Shown here piece by piece: positions 18,862-29,379 of a DNA stretch of 49,113 nt. Location of the stretch: NCBI GenBank assembly GCA_043816005.1, contig JBDRIM010000073.1, forward strand, positions 1 to 49,113, read 5' to 3'. The translations under genes and the position numbers were made by a program. Each line of letters begins with the position of its first letter. The first letter of the stretch is position 1. Source of the stretch: Candidatus Micrarchaeota archaeon. GTDB taxonomy: Archaea; Micrarchaeota; Micrarchaeia; Anstonellales; Bilamarchaeaceae. Below the pieces are notes generated by a model that had not been told where the DNA came from, did not search any database, and saw only the letters and a list, made by a program, of their open reading frames with translations.

Positions 18862-19742
18862 TACTTCAACTCTGTTTTCAATATCGCGACAAGTTCCTTA
18901 CCTATCCTTATTTGTGCTTCTTTGGTGCTTGCACCAAGGTGTGGGGTAAAACAAACATTTTCAAGTTCAAGTAGTTTTCCAGTATATGGTTCTGTTTTGT
19001 AGACATCAAGAGCAGCACCAGCTATTTTTCCACTTTTACATCCGTCATAAAGTGCATCTTCATCTACTATTTCGCCTCTTGAGGTATTGATAATGTACAC
19101 ACCTTCTTTCATTTTTGCAATATTTTCTTTGTTAATCATATCTTTTGTTTCATTTGTTGCAGGAACATGAAGCGAGATTATGTCTGCTTTGGCAAAAAAC
19201 TCATCTAGATCATTTACATACAAATTTTCAACAGGCGGTCTTGGTGGTGGGCTGTATGCAATCACATGCATACCTAGTGCATTAGCCCTTGTACCTAGTA
19301 AGGAACCTATTCTTCCATAACCAACAATTCCAAGTGTTTTTCCTGCAATTTCAGTACCAGTCAAGTTTTTCTTATCCCAATTGCCTTCTTTCATCTGATG
19401 ATGTGCTTTCTGCACATTCCTTAGCATTGCTAGCATAAGTCCAAGTACTAATTCTACAACTGCATTGCTTGATGCGCCTGGGGTATTCAAAACCTTAATT
19501 TTTCTTTCCATACATGCATTTTGATCAACATTATCAAGTCCAACCCCTGCTCTAACAACTATCTTCAGTTTTTTTGCACAATCTAACAGTTCTTTTGTTA
19601 CCTTCGTAGCACTACGTACTATCAAAACATCGGTATCTACTATGGCTTTTTTTATGTCAAATGGCTTAAATTCGACCTCACCAAGTTTTCTTATTTCTTC
19701 CACCACTTCTTCTTCCATCTGGTCAGCAATAACAATTCGCAT
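18861..19742 (-). CDS. D-3-phosphoglycerate dehydrogenase-like 2-hydroxyacid dehydrogenase (no ACT domain)
   Basis: VRSATKV, RAGVGLDN, GYGRIG, INTSRG, TPHLGAST. Confidence 0.9.
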   Translation of the reverse strand: MRIVIADQMEEEVVEEIRKLGEVEFKPFDIKKAIVDTDVLIVRSATKVTKELLDCAKKLKIVVRAGVGLDNVDQNACMERKIKVLNTPGASSNAVVELVLGLMLAMLRNVQKAHHQMKEGNWDKKNLTGTEIAGKTLGIVGYGRIGSLLGTRANALGMHVIAYSPPPRPPVENLYVNDLDEFFAKADIISLHVPATNETKDMINKENIAKMKEGVYIINTSRGEIVDEDALYDGCKSGKIAGAALDVYKTEPYTGKLLELENVCFTPHLGASTKEAQIRIGKELVAILKTELK

Positions 19743-19918
19743 AATAGTCTATTGTAAAACATGAATTTATTAGTTTGTTTTCCATTAAGTTTATACTGCG
19801 TATGGGCACAGTTTGTAACAAAAACGTGGGTTTTTTTACATAAAATCCAATCATAATGTAATATTTTTTACATAAAATTCTCCGATATATATTAATATAT
19901 CCTTATTTATATAATTAA

Positions 19919-20212
19919 TTGGTGGAGGGGACAGTTATGTTTGTCAAAAATCGAAAACACAGAATAAAAGCTAAAAAAATTATGGGACTTGCGTCCTCGC
20001 TTGATGACTCAATAAGCGTTTTGAATAGTATAATCGAATTGCGTTCTTTGCTAGGTACAGAAAGTATAGAACTAACAATACCAGAAAAGCTGCATATTGT
20101 AAAATCAATGGCCAGAGCAAAGGTACGCGCATTCAAATCTGGGCACACTGATAATTATAAAACATTCAAAGAGATTGATCTGATCGGCACTGATTTGGTT
20201 AATCTATTGTAG
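19919..20212 (+). CDS. Hypothetical protein
   Basis: ORF with GGAGG RBS before ATG 19938; upstream of ACT gene. Confidence 0.55.
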   Translation: MVEGTVMFVKNRKHRIKAKKIMGLASSLDDSISVLNSIIELRSLLGTESIELTIPEKLHIVKSMARAKVRAFKSGHTDNYKTFKEIDLIGTDLVNLL

Positions 20213-20222
20213 GTGATAAATT

Positions 20223-20627
20223 ATGAAATCCGTAACTGTAGTTTCAGATGATAAGGTTGGTTTGTTAGCTGATATCTCTTATATTCTTGGCAAATCCAAT
20301 GTGAATATTGATGGATTATTTGTTGATGTAATCGGTGGGAAGGCCGTGATATCTATCGAAGTAAAAGATCCTAAAAAAGCATCAGAGATCCTCTCATTAA
20401 ATGGTTTTAGTCTTACTGCTCCAGACGCAATTGTTGTAAAAGTCTCAAACAACTCTATGGAAAAATTAACTGAAATGCTAGAAGTGGAAGATATTACAGT
20501 AACTGGGCTTTCTATGCTTTCATCCGATCGATCTGATGGGGTATTTGCTATTAATGTTGATAAACCAAGGAAAGCTCACAGAATGCTCAGTCCTTTTTTA
20601 TTGGGCAATACGGATGAACTTTATTAA
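20223..20627 (+). CDS. Tandem ACT-domain protein
   Basis: DDKVGLLADISYILGKSNVNI; second ACT-like repeat. Confidence 0.85.
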   Translation: MKSVTVVSDDKVGLLADISYILGKSNVNIDGLFVDVIGGKAVISIEVKDPKKASEILSLNGFSLTAPDAIVVKVSNNSMEKLTEMLEVEDITVTGLSMLSSDRSDGVFAINVDKPRKAHRMLSPFLLGNTDELY

Positions 20628-21712
20628 GTGGTAATAAGGTCCATTTTTCCTTTTTGTTTTGCTTCTTTAATTTCCATAGCTATTCGTCTACCAAAACTTA
20701 TGCTTTCGCGGTGTAGATACTCAGAATACGGTGTAAACCTTGTTCCTGGCGAACCTGGCATTCTTAGTGAAACATCAAAACAAATGAATTTCTCTCCGTC
20801 TTCCTCAACAAACGCTCCCTGAAGAGCAAACGGACCTATCAATCCATTTTTGTACTCCTTTTGGACACCATGAACAAACCGTTCCCCAATCTCATATACC
20901 TGTTCTAAAAGGGATTCACGCAAAGTACAGGCAATATGTCCGACCTCAATTGTTGATGGCTGGCGCATTTTCAAAAGATCAAGCTGTGCATCGGCAGGCA
21001 TTCTAAGATAACCATCTAAATTTGTTTGCCTTCTTGTATCAACACCTAAAAGTTCGAGTTCTTCATAAATCGGTGAATAGAAAAAATTCAAATTGAATTG
21101 TGCACCTACTATATACTCTTCAATTTTTGCCGCTTTCAGTTGTTCTCTAGTTGTTTTACCACTCTTGATCAGTGCTTCGCTTCGTTCAACATATTCGTCA
21201 TAGTTACTAGCAAGAAAGAAAGCCCGTTCATAAGTTCTCTTTGCTTCGCTTACTTTGACAATGGATAGTTTGTTGATATCTTTTGGTGAGTTAAACTGCG
21301 TAGGTGTTCGTACGCCTGATTTTTCCATTAAGTGATACTGATTTTTTGGCGCATCTCTTTCTTCTGCTCTAAGTAAATATTTATTACCAAAAACAGGTAT
21401 GTCAAATTCTTTCTCTATCCCATCATACCCAACATAAACTGCAAATGACCTATTCGGGACAAAAATACAATTTCTTTTTTTCATAAACTCCAAGTTTGCA
21501 GGTTTTAGTATATCCTTGAATTTATCCAGAAGAAGAAGTTCATCAACTACTCCTATTTCTTTTTTTCCATGCTTTCTTGTTTTATATGGTCCGAGATATG
21601 TTTTTTCACGTCCTTTTTGTGCAACAACTAAGGTTTTGAATCCTTCTTTTTTTGCGCCTTCAGAAACATCCAATGCTGAATGGCTTCCTAATGTAGAAAT
21701 AGTAAAATCCAT
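20624..21712 (-). CDS. purP: FAICAR synthetase PurP family (ATP-grasp)
   Basis: LGSHSAL, VPNRSF, LRESLLE, IGPFALQ. Confidence 0.93.
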   Translation of the reverse strand: MDFTISTLGSHSALDVSEGAKKEGFKTLVVAQKGREKTYLGPYKTRKHGKKEIGVVDELLLLDKFKDILKPANLEFMKKRNCIFVPNRSFAVYVGYDGIEKEFDIPVFGNKYLLRAEERDAPKNQYHLMEKSGVRTPTQFNSPKDINKLSIVKVSEAKRTYERAFFLASNYDEYVERSEALIKSGKTTREQLKAAKIEEYIVGAQFNLNFFYSPIYEELELLGVDTRRQTNLDGYLRMPADAQLDLLKMRQPSTIEVGHIACTLRESLLEQVYEIGERFVHGVQKEYKNGLIGPFALQGAFVEEDGEKFICFDVSLRMPGSPGTRFTPYSEYLHRESISFGRRIAMEIKEAKQKGKMDLITT

Positions 21713-21833
21713 ATTAGTATTTTGCCGGTTTTGTTTTTATTGCTTGCTACTTCCAAACTCAATAGTCCTGGCATATAAGCCAGTTTGCTTTCTTCTACGC
21801 ATATTTATATAGATTATCCGAGAGATAAATTTC

Positions 21834-22649
21834 ATGAGAAAAGTGCTTTTCCTTCTATTGTTAATACCACTTCTTTATGCAGAATTTGCAATCGAGAGGG
21901 TGGATGTTACTATTAGTGATATTCAGAGCGATGGAAGTGCCAAAGTACATGAAAGCATAAAATTCATCATATATACTGATTACTCCAATTCTGTTTATGA
22001 TAGTGGCATTGCAAGTGATCAGCTCTCGTTTTGGTCCGCAAATATTGGTCTTAAGGATGTAAAGTTCCATGTCAACCCGTCTGTAGGTGATATTAGAGAT
22101 CTTCGTGTAAGTCCACAGCCACGTACACAATGCAACCCAATACAAAAAACATGTCACGGAGAATTGATTCTTGATTATCTTGCATATCCATCGGCAAGTT
22201 CAAACCAAACAATATTATATACGGGGTTGTTTACTGTTGATAAATACAAACCAAGAACAACTAGGTATACAATAAATCCTACTGCACTTTCATTCACTAC
22301 TACTCCGGAAGAAAACATAATCCTTGATAAAAATGTTTATTTATCCATAAACATGCCACGTGATAGTATGATATTCGATACAAATCCCCAACCAACCAAT
22401 TCAGCAATTTCTCTTCCATCATCTGTTGAAACACTTTCTTGGACTGATATAGTTCTAGTGAAATTTTCACTTATTTTTGATGTTGAGGATAGTATAGATA
22501 AGGAAGTTTCAGATTTTTTTGGCAATATACTACGCGGTCTCATCGATACTGTCAAAAGCCCCCATGGCGGTGCTTTGATAATTCTACTTGTGATCCTAGT
22601 CGGATCATACACTTACATAGTAATGTCCAAGAGGAGGAACGATGAATAA
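21834..22649 (+). CDS. Secreted protein with C-terminal TM anchor
   Basis: Signal peptide MRKVLFLLLLIPLLYA; C-terminal hydrophobic helix followed by KRR. Confidence 0.75.
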   Translation: MRKVLFLLLLIPLLYAEFAIERVDVTISDIQSDGSAKVHESIKFIIYTDYSNSVYDSGIASDQLSFWSANIGLKDVKFHVNPSVGDIRDLRVSPQPRTQCNPIQKTCHGELILDYLAYPSASSNQTILYTGLFTVDKYKPRTTRYTINPTALSFTTTPEENIILDKNVYLSINMPRDSMIFDTNPQPTNSAISLPSSVETLSWTDIVLVKFSLIFDVEDSIDKEVSDFFGNILRGLIDTVKSPHGGALIILLVILVGSYTYIVMSKRRNDE

Positions 22650-24007
22650 TGTACAAAGGCTCGGATATTATTCTAGACTTACTAACTAAAAAGAAGATGA
22701 CTCTAGAGGAACTTGCAAAAGTTTCATCATTAAATGAAGATAGTATTAGGAGGATTATAGAATCTCTCAAAGCAGAAGGTTATGTTACGGTTGAGATTAA
22801 AGAAACACCAACAGGGTCGCCAACAGAAGAACTTTTGGAATATTGTAAAAATGAATTTCCTGAAGTTTCAGTTTTTCGAAAGTCATTATCTAGAGCAACG
22901 ATTTCCTCTCTTTCACCAATAGAAAAATCAATAGGTATACGGTGGGCTAAGGTAAAGGGGTTTGTAACTATCGAAGATGGGAAATTAACCCCTATAAAAT
23001 CTCCCGAAGAAGTTGACAAGATTACAAAAAAACTTGTTAGCTCTGTTGATTCTTTATTATCTAATAACAATACATCTGAGCCAGAATTGATGGAAGAACT
23101 TTTTGAACGTCATCTTCTGGTTAAAAAAATTACAAAGCAAATCTCTGTATCATATACTGGTAAAACAATTGACCAAACGAAATTTTCAGAAACGTTTGAT
23201 CCGAATATTCCCGGACCTAATGCATCTGTTGGGAAAAATCATCCAATCACAATAATTACTAAGAAAATCAAAACTATTATGACTGAGTTGGGTTTTGAAG
23301 AGATGGAAGGGGATTTAGTTGAGAGTTCCTTTTGGAACTTTGATGCGCTTTTTCAACCTCAAGACCACCCAGCAAGAGAGCTTGCAGATACGTTTTATAT
23401 TAATGGTGAGATGCCACTTCCATCTGATAAAAAGCTTGTTGAAAGAGTAAAAAAAGCACATGAAGAAGGTTGGAAGTATAACTGGGATCCAAAAGAAGCA
23501 TCGAAGGCAGTGTTGCGTACTCATACAACTTGTTTATCAGCACGTTATCTTGCTGCACTCAAAGACAAGAAACCAAAAAAATACTTTTCTATCGGTCGTG
23601 TTTTTAGGAACGAGGCAACTGATTACAAACATCTGGCTGAATTTCATCAAGTAGAGGGCATTATCGCGTGGGAAAATGCAACATTTACCGATCTCCTCGG
23701 GTTTCTTAAGGAATTTTATCGGAAACTTGGTTTTGAGAATATTCGTTTCAGACCAAGTTTTTTTCCATATACTGAACCTAGCCTTGAGATAGAGGTTTAT
23801 TTTGAAAAGAAAAAACAATGGTTAGAATTGGGTGGTGCAGGGATATTTAGGCCAGAAGTTAGTATTCCTTTAGCGGGAGTATACCCTGTTCTTGCATGGG
23901 GTCTTAGTTTGGAGCGGCCGCTTATGCTTTTACTTGAACTCGAAGATATCAGGACATTCTATAAGAATGATGTTGATTTCCTCACATCATCAAGGTTAGA
24001 TATATGA
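22649..24007 (+). CDS. pheS: Phenylalanine--tRNA ligase alpha subunit
   Basis: FWNFDALFQPQDHPAR, LRTHTT, FRPSFFPYTEPS, GIFRPE, AWGLSLER. Confidence 0.96.
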   Translation: MYKGSDIILDLLTKKKMTLEELAKVSSLNEDSIRRIIESLKAEGYVTVEIKETPTGSPTEELLEYCKNEFPEVSVFRKSLSRATISSLSPIEKSIGIRWAKVKGFVTIEDGKLTPIKSPEEVDKITKKLVSSVDSLLSNNNTSEPELMEELFERHLLVKKITKQISVSYTGKTIDQTKFSETFDPNIPGPNASVGKNHPITIITKKIKTIMTELGFEEMEGDLVESSFWNFDALFQPQDHPARELADTFYINGEMPLPSDKKLVERVKKAHEEGWKYNWDPKEASKAVLRTHTTCLSARYLAALKDKKPKKYFSIGRVFRNEATDYKHLAEFHQVEGIIAWENATFTDLLGFLKEFYRKLGFENIRFRPSFFPYTEPSLEIEVYFEKKKQWLELGGAGIFRPEVSIPLAGVYPVLAWGLSLERPLMLLLELEDIRTFYKNDVDFLTSSRLDI

Positions 24008-25911
24008 AAATTATGAATGTTATTATCGGCATCATCGCAATTCTCATTCTTATACTTGGTGGAATAATAGTTATACTGCTTCTTTCTGGTCAATCATTAC
24101 AACCAAACACATTGCCACAATCCTCATTTACAATACTTGAAACTGGAACTGCAGGTGATTATGGCTATGCAGTTTACAATTATCGTGGTAATGGAAATTT
24201 GACAATTTTAAGCTATAATTCACAACCAAAACGCAATATTACAATTATAAACGATAGTCAAGCCATACAATCCTCACGGCTTCCAGAACTGGTCTCACAA
24301 CTTAAAACACTTGAAAAGTATGGTTATGAAATTACTGTGTCCAACGAGCCAAAAATAGGAACTGGTATTACCATTATTCCAAGTGGCGCACTCCCATCTT
24401 ATGCATTATTTAATCTACAACAACCAACTTCTCAAGGAACAATTGTGTATATTGGCGCCAAAAATTTGATCTTAAGTACTGGAATAAAAGAAGTTGAATG
24501 GTTTAATATGCTGTCAACTGAACAGCAACAAAGGATTATCATCTACGATGGTACTCTCGATGAAATTCTTGAGACTCAAATTTCATTTGCTGATGAGGTA
24601 CTTTATAACAAATGGATGTTACAATCAAATGACAGTGTTGTGCTTTCTAGCAGCGGCGCAAAGAGTTCAACAATTCCCATGGGACCTACTGGGTATCTTC
24701 GACTCGTTTATGATTTTGATGATCTCCACGGTATTTATGATTCTCCATATTTGAAAAAATCACCACAAATTCTTGTTCTTTCTCCACAATCAATTTATCC
24801 ATGGGAGAAATCATCTCTTCAATTTGAACTAAACAAGACTGAAGGTGCTGCAGTTTTAATTGTTAAGAGGAATGGTGATATAATCCAATCAGAAGAATTG
24901 CGTACTGTGACCGATCAAAACGTATTCATAAAAAAATTAGAGTACGATAATCCTGGAGAATATACTATTTTTGTTGATGATGATTCAGGAAATTTGGCTA
25001 GTGGACTTCTTCATATTAAGGACATGCAAGTTTCATTACTTCAAAAGCGTGGCGTATCCTATGTATTTTTGGTAACTGTTGATGACAAGCCACTTACTAA
25101 TACGGAAACTACTATTTGGCTTGGAAATTCGTCAATAACAAAAAAATACTATGTGACAAACGGAGAGGTTGTAGTTAATGCCAATCTAAATCAGGGTGAA
25201 AATATTTTTAATTTTGAAATCAATGGCCGTACTATGCAAGTTGTTGTTAATAACAAACAAGAAAACCTATTTGATTTCTATACTAAATATGGTCTTCTTG
25301 CGTTTATTATAATCATCGTAGTCTATTTTGGAGCAAGAATGACAAGGCGCCCGACATACAGACTTCGTTTTGGTGATAGTTCAACATACATTCGTCAAGA
25401 AATAAAATTGCCTCTTGATCGTGCACTCGAGTGTTTTAAAAAAATACGGCATGATATGCATCTTGGTATGTCCCCCATTACTACTCATGAATTTACTGTT
25501 TCTTTAAAACGTTACCTCACTAACGGTGCAGACATTACCGAGGGTAATGTCGAAGAAATATTAGATAAATTAGTTAAATCTAATTATCTTAAGACCCATC
25601 GCGATTATTATCAGCTTGAAGGGGAAGGGGATGTTAAGCGCAATGTGTTACGTAGGATCATTAGAGAGAAACTTATCGAAAGCGGCACTGTTTTCAAAGA
25701 ACATGGAGGTAAATTCGTTCTTAAAGATCGTGAAATTGGTTTCTTTGGAGAACGTTTTTCAAAAAAAGCAATTATTATTGTTGATGATGAGTCGGAGATA
25801 AAACAGATATTATCTTCACTTAAAGAACGTGATCGTGCAAGCATAAAAATCGCACAAACAAATGATATTCTGTCTTTTGTTACTATAGACAAACTAAGCG
25901 GGTTATTATGA
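24004..25911 (+). CDS. Two-TM protein with large extracellular region and cytoplasmic C-terminal domain
   Basis: TM at N-terminus and near residue 430; ATGA-type overlap with pheS. Confidence 0.75.
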   Translation: MKIMNVIIGIIAILILILGGIIVILLLSGQSLQPNTLPQSSFTILETGTAGDYGYAVYNYRGNGNLTILSYNSQPKRNITIINDSQAIQSSRLPELVSQLKTLEKYGYEITVSNEPKIGTGITIIPSGALPSYALFNLQQPTSQGTIVYIGAKNLILSTGIKEVEWFNMLSTEQQQRIIIYDGTLDEILETQISFADEVLYNKWMLQSNDSVVLSSSGAKSSTIPMGPTGYLRLVYDFDDLHGIYDSPYLKKSPQILVLSPQSIYPWEKSSLQFELNKTEGAAVLIVKRNGDIIQSEELRTVTDQNVFIKKLEYDNPGEYTIFVDDDSGNLASGLLHIKDMQVSLLQKRGVSYVFLVTVDDKPLTNTETTIWLGNSSITKKYYVTNGEVVVNANLNQGENIFNFEINGRTMQVVVNNKQENLFDFYTKYGLLAFIIIIVVYFGARMTRRPTYRLRFGDSSTYIRQEIKLPLDRALECFKKIRHDMHLGMSPITTHEFTVSLKRYLTNGADITEGNVEEILDKLVKSNYLKTHRDYYQLEGEGDVKRNVLRRIIREKLIESGTVFKEHGGKFVLKDREIGFFGERFSKKAIIIVDDESEIKQILSSLKERDRASIKIAQTNDILSFVTIDKLSGLL

Positions 25912-27149
25912 GGGCAGTTTTTTTTCTCTTACTTCTTCCTCTTGTTTTTTCACAATCACCACCAATTACCGAAGTTGAAGGACACAATTTGGCGATGGCT
26001 GATTTTTTGGAAAACAATTTCAACAGTTCTGTCTCAGAAACAGGCTCAGTAAGTGTGTCTCTTGGCTCTTATTCCCAACAATTCAGTCTTTTTACGAGTA
26101 TTGATATCGCAGGTATGTCACTGGTAATTGAAAACCTAACATATCCCAGTGAAAGTCTTTCTGTTCTTGTTGCTAGAGGGTATCATATTGATCATCTTGT
26201 TTCTTTATCTGGTAATGAAAGCAACATTGTATGTAATTCAAGTTATCACCCAACATCATATTGTGATTTTGATGGTGATGGGTGCCCTGAATTTGAAACA
26301 AATTCTTCCGTAGTTTATCAAATGTACCTAACGTTTTCATTTCGGAATATTTCGTCGACAATTCCGTTTTCTTCGACTATTGTTCCAGTACCCAAGGAAA
26401 TTCTATCTGAAATGTCATCCTCTTCTGGTCTTGATCAACTCAATATAAGCATCACAGGTGATACATTTGTTTTATATCAGATAAACAATCAACAATTTGA
26501 CAGTCAGTGTACGGATAATATATTAAATATTTCAACCACCATCCCAATTTCGACCAATCGTTTATTTGCGGTAGCAGGCAAAAACAAACTATTCTTCCTA
26601 AGTTCTCCTATTCTTAGCGAACAGCTCGCAAGCAATAATCATTTTGATGTTATCGTACTATCTCAGAGTCCATTATATTATGGTGAAATCGATTTTGATG
26701 GTAATCAATCAAAGAATTTTACGTTCAAAAATTTTTCAATAATTAGTGGCCGTTACGGTATTGAGGAAATAATTTCAAATAAGACTGAAATCTTAAATTT
26801 TGCAGAATATGGTCCAAATTTAACGACGCCAACCCTCTTAGAAAAGGAAAATCATTCTTTTGCTTATGTATACGCGTTCAATTCAACTTACAAGGCCATT
26901 GGTGAACACAATCTTTCTCTTTTGGTTGTAGATGTTTTCCTTGGTACTGAAAAACATACCGAAACAATAACAAGTCGTATGCTCTCTTATGGCGGTATAT
27001 GGGCTGAAAATGGTTCTATTATTTCACCTGAAACAACACGGCCAAGTATGAGCCCGACTCAAAACAATTTGAATCCAGTCACTATTAGTCTTGGTCTTGT
27101 GGTATTGGCAGTTCTCCTTGCCTTTGTAAATTTTTGGATTAAAAAATAG
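25908..27149 (+). CDS. Secreted Ser/Thr/Asn-rich surface protein with C-terminal TM anchor
   Basis: Signal peptide, many N-x-S/T sequons, C-terminal TM followed by KK. Confidence 0.75.
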   Translation: MRAVFFLLLLPLVFSQSPPITEVEGHNLAMADFLENNFNSSVSETGSVSVSLGSYSQQFSLFTSIDIAGMSLVIENLTYPSESLSVLVARGYHIDHLVSLSGNESNIVCNSSYHPTSYCDFDGDGCPEFETNSSVVYQMYLTFSFRNISSTIPFSSTIVPVPKEILSEMSSSSGLDQLNISITGDTFVLYQINNQQFDSQCTDNILNISTTIPISTNRLFAVAGKNKLFFLSSPILSEQLASNNHFDVIVLSQSPLYYGEIDFDGNQSKNFTFKNFSIISGRYGIEEIISNKTEILNFAEYGPNLTTPTLLEKENHSFAYVYAFNSTYKAIGEHNLSLLVVDVFLGTEKHTETITSRMLSYGGIWAENGSIISPETTRPSMSPTQNNLNPVTISLGLVVLAVLLAFVNFWIKK

Positions 27150-27206
27150 TCAGTCGCTTGGTCCACTTTTTGTTCCTTCAACTTTCATTTCGCGTTCTTC
27201 TTCTGT

Positions 27207-27437
27207 TTATTTGATAGAAGAAAGTTTTTCGGCAGTAGCAAATGTTCGTTTTACACTTATTATTCTAACATTACATTGTTCGCCTTTTGTTGCTCCTTTG
27301 ACAAAAATAACAAAACCATCAATCTTTGCTATACCATCACCTTGGCCTCCCTGGCTCTCTATTTTAACGACTATTTTATCACCCTCAGAAACGGGTTTCG
27401 GTATGCCAAATTTACTATTTTCTTCCATATTCCTCAC
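27207..27437 (-). CDS. Single TRAM-domain RNA-binding protein
   Basis: PVSEGD, GGQGDGIAKIDGFVIFV, KRTFATA. Confidence 0.92.
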   Translation of the reverse strand: MRNMEENSKFGIPKPVSEGDKIVVKIESQGGQGDGIAKIDGFVIFVKGATKGEQCNVRIISVKRTFATAEKLSSIK

Positions 27438-27562
27438 TTTTCTAATGGTCCTCTAGAAACTACTATGCTTTCTATCTCATGAGCAGTAGTTAACGATAAT
27501 TCGTGTTCTTCCATAGATAAGTTTCCAATCTTATAATTAAAAACCTATTTTTTCTCTCAAAA

Positions 27563-28309
27563 TTACAATTCCTCATATCCAACATTAAATTTTTCTGCTA
27601 ATTTCCTTATTTTCTTTTTTTGATCTAAATTTGTCTCGTCTTTCAGAACAACAACTTTGGAAATTTTTTCAACATTCTTTTCAATTGCTTGTTTGAACAT
27701 TTCCTCATCAAGTTCTTCGATAGCATACTTCGGTGCCATATGTCCGACTGCCAATTTCCCATCTACAACTATTTTAGTAAAATTTTTCTGGTAATGCCCC
27801 CCGCCAAAACCAATAACGGTTTCACATTCTTTAACCGGTCCTATGCTCGCAACAACTGCATTTGCCACTGCTTCCACAGCACTATCATCTCCCCATTGCT
27901 CTTCTCCATTTCCTATCTCTACAAAAATGATTGGTATCTTTATCGTAGGTCCATGGTGGTCTGCTTCAAGGTAAAATGGCCATCCTATTTTTTTGGCCTC
28001 GTTATTCATCTCAATTGCAATTTTTTTCAGTATTGTACCTGGTGCTATATTGAGTGTTCTCTCTTTTCCACCCATCCCCGCATTTCCCCAGTTTCCAGGG
28101 ATATGTGCAGTGAGCATTTTTCCAGCCATCTTACTTTTGTGCGTACTAAGCATGATGATATAATCAGTTTCTAAATTTTCAGGTACATCAAGAACTGTTG
28201 GTAATTTTGTATCAATTAGTTTCACGCCCTCTCTTTCCCATGCACTATCTCCCGTTTTTCTGAACCCATGCCCTGTGATAAGTTTCTCGGCAATTTTTTT
28301 ACTGGCCAC
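27563..28309 (-). CDS. dtdA: D-aminoacyl-tRNA deacylase (archaeal DTD2)
   Basis: LSTHKS, LTAHIPGN, EADHHGP, FVEIG, GFGGGHY; true start may be ~9 codons upstream. Confidence 0.9.
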   Translation of the reverse strand: MASKKIAEKLITGHGFRKTGDSAWEREGVKLIDTKLPTVLDVPENLETDYIIMLSTHKSKMAGKMLTAHIPGNWGNAGMGGKERTLNIAPGTILKKIAIEMNNEAKKIGWPFYLEADHHGPTIKIPIIFVEIGNGEEQWGDDSAVEAVANAVVASIGPVKECETVIGFGGGHYQKNFTKIVVDGKLAVGHMAPKYAIEELDEEMFKQAIEKNVEKISKVVVLKDETNLDQKKKIRKLAEKFNVGYEEL

Positions 28310-28332
28310 ATTCTCTGATGTAAAAAGTATTA

Positions 28333-28893
28333 TCAGAAAATCACCAGAAATGCAGTTGCAATTATTGGTATCATCAAATTATCATCTATAAGTGGCAATG
28401 TTTCAATAATTGCACCAAGAATCACTAGAGGTATTGCTAATGGTCCTATGAAAAAATATGCTGGCATTGCAGCAATAACAAAAGCAATACTTCCTTCAAG
28501 AGTTTTTTTATTATTATGGGGCAATCTTATCTTTCCATGCCTTCCAATCAATGTGGAAAATCCATCTCCAAGTGCTAAAAGCATTATTATTGCCATTATC
28601 TCGTTCTGATCTACCAAAATAGTTATGGCAATCAAAATCCCAGTTGCATAACAAGCAGAACCCCATCCTGGTAATGGTGCACCGTTCCGTTCAAAATTGT
28701 TTTCAAACCACGCAACTACTTTCATTAATGAATTCCGTTTTCCGAGAAGTCTTGTATTCATGATAGCAAGTCCAATAATTATCGTGAAAAAAACCATTCC
28801 CATGGCCATACCCCTACCCAAGTATGAAATCACCATCATTACAACTAACCCAATTAGAATATGGAATAGTTGTCTTTTGTTCTCACGTTCCAC
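28333..28893 (-). CDS. Dolichol/phytol kinase-like CTP-dependent membrane protein
   Basis: RQLFH, GDGFSTLIG, KKTLEGS, DDNLMIP. Confidence 0.85.
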   Translation of the reverse strand: MERENKRQLFHILIGLVVMMVISYLGRGMAMGMVFFTIIIGLAIMNTRLLGKRNSLMKVVAWFENNFERNGAPLPGWGSACYATGILIAITILVDQNEIMAIIMLLALGDGFSTLIGRHGKIRLPHNNKKTLEGSIAFVIAAMPAYFFIGPLAIPLVILGAIIETLPLIDDNLMIPIIATAFLVIF

Positions 28894-29365
28894 GTTTATC
28901 CCTCTTTATTTTCTTCCAAAAAACATCTGTTATGTAGTATGATATCAAAGCTACTGGAAGTGCACCTGCTATATCCTGGAAAACATGCACCCCCAAATTT
29001 AATCTTGTAAACGCAATCAACAATGCAAAAAACATAAAAAAAGAAAAACTTTTTTTATTTAAAAATCCACACATAAGAGTAAACGCAATTGTTGCATGGA
29101 GGCTCGGAAAAGAGTAATCATTAGGACACTCTAACTGGCCAATACATGGTCGTTCGTGAGCAAGCATAACTTTTACTGTAGTGGCAATAAGAAAAGCTAC
29201 AACAAGTGATAGTACTATTTTGCGTCTTTTATCATTTCTCTTCTCGCTAATGACTATGAGTGTTAATATTATCGCAATATACACAATGGCGCTGTCAAAG
29301 AAAAGATCCACAGCCCTAAGCAGCGGATGCTCTATCGAAAGTGCTAGTATACTTATTGCATCCAT
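28883..29365 (-). CDS. PAP2-family membrane phosphatase
   Basis: K-x6-RP, SFPSLH, TRLNLGVH..D. Confidence 0.9.
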   Translation of the reverse strand: MDAISILALSIEHPLLRAVDLFFDSAIVYIAIILTLIVISEKRNDKRRKIVLSLVVAFLIATTVKVMLAHERPCIGQLECPNDYSFPSLHATIAFTLMCGFLNKKSFSFFMFFALLIAFTRLNLGVHVFQDIAGALPVALISYYITDVFWKKIKRDKRGT

Positions 29366-29379
29366 AAACTTTGTTCACT

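Noticed and set aside
27440..27530. Riboswitch or thermometer in the TRAM gene leader
   Set aside because: Only one modest hairpin (aactact/gtagtt) and no recognisable motif
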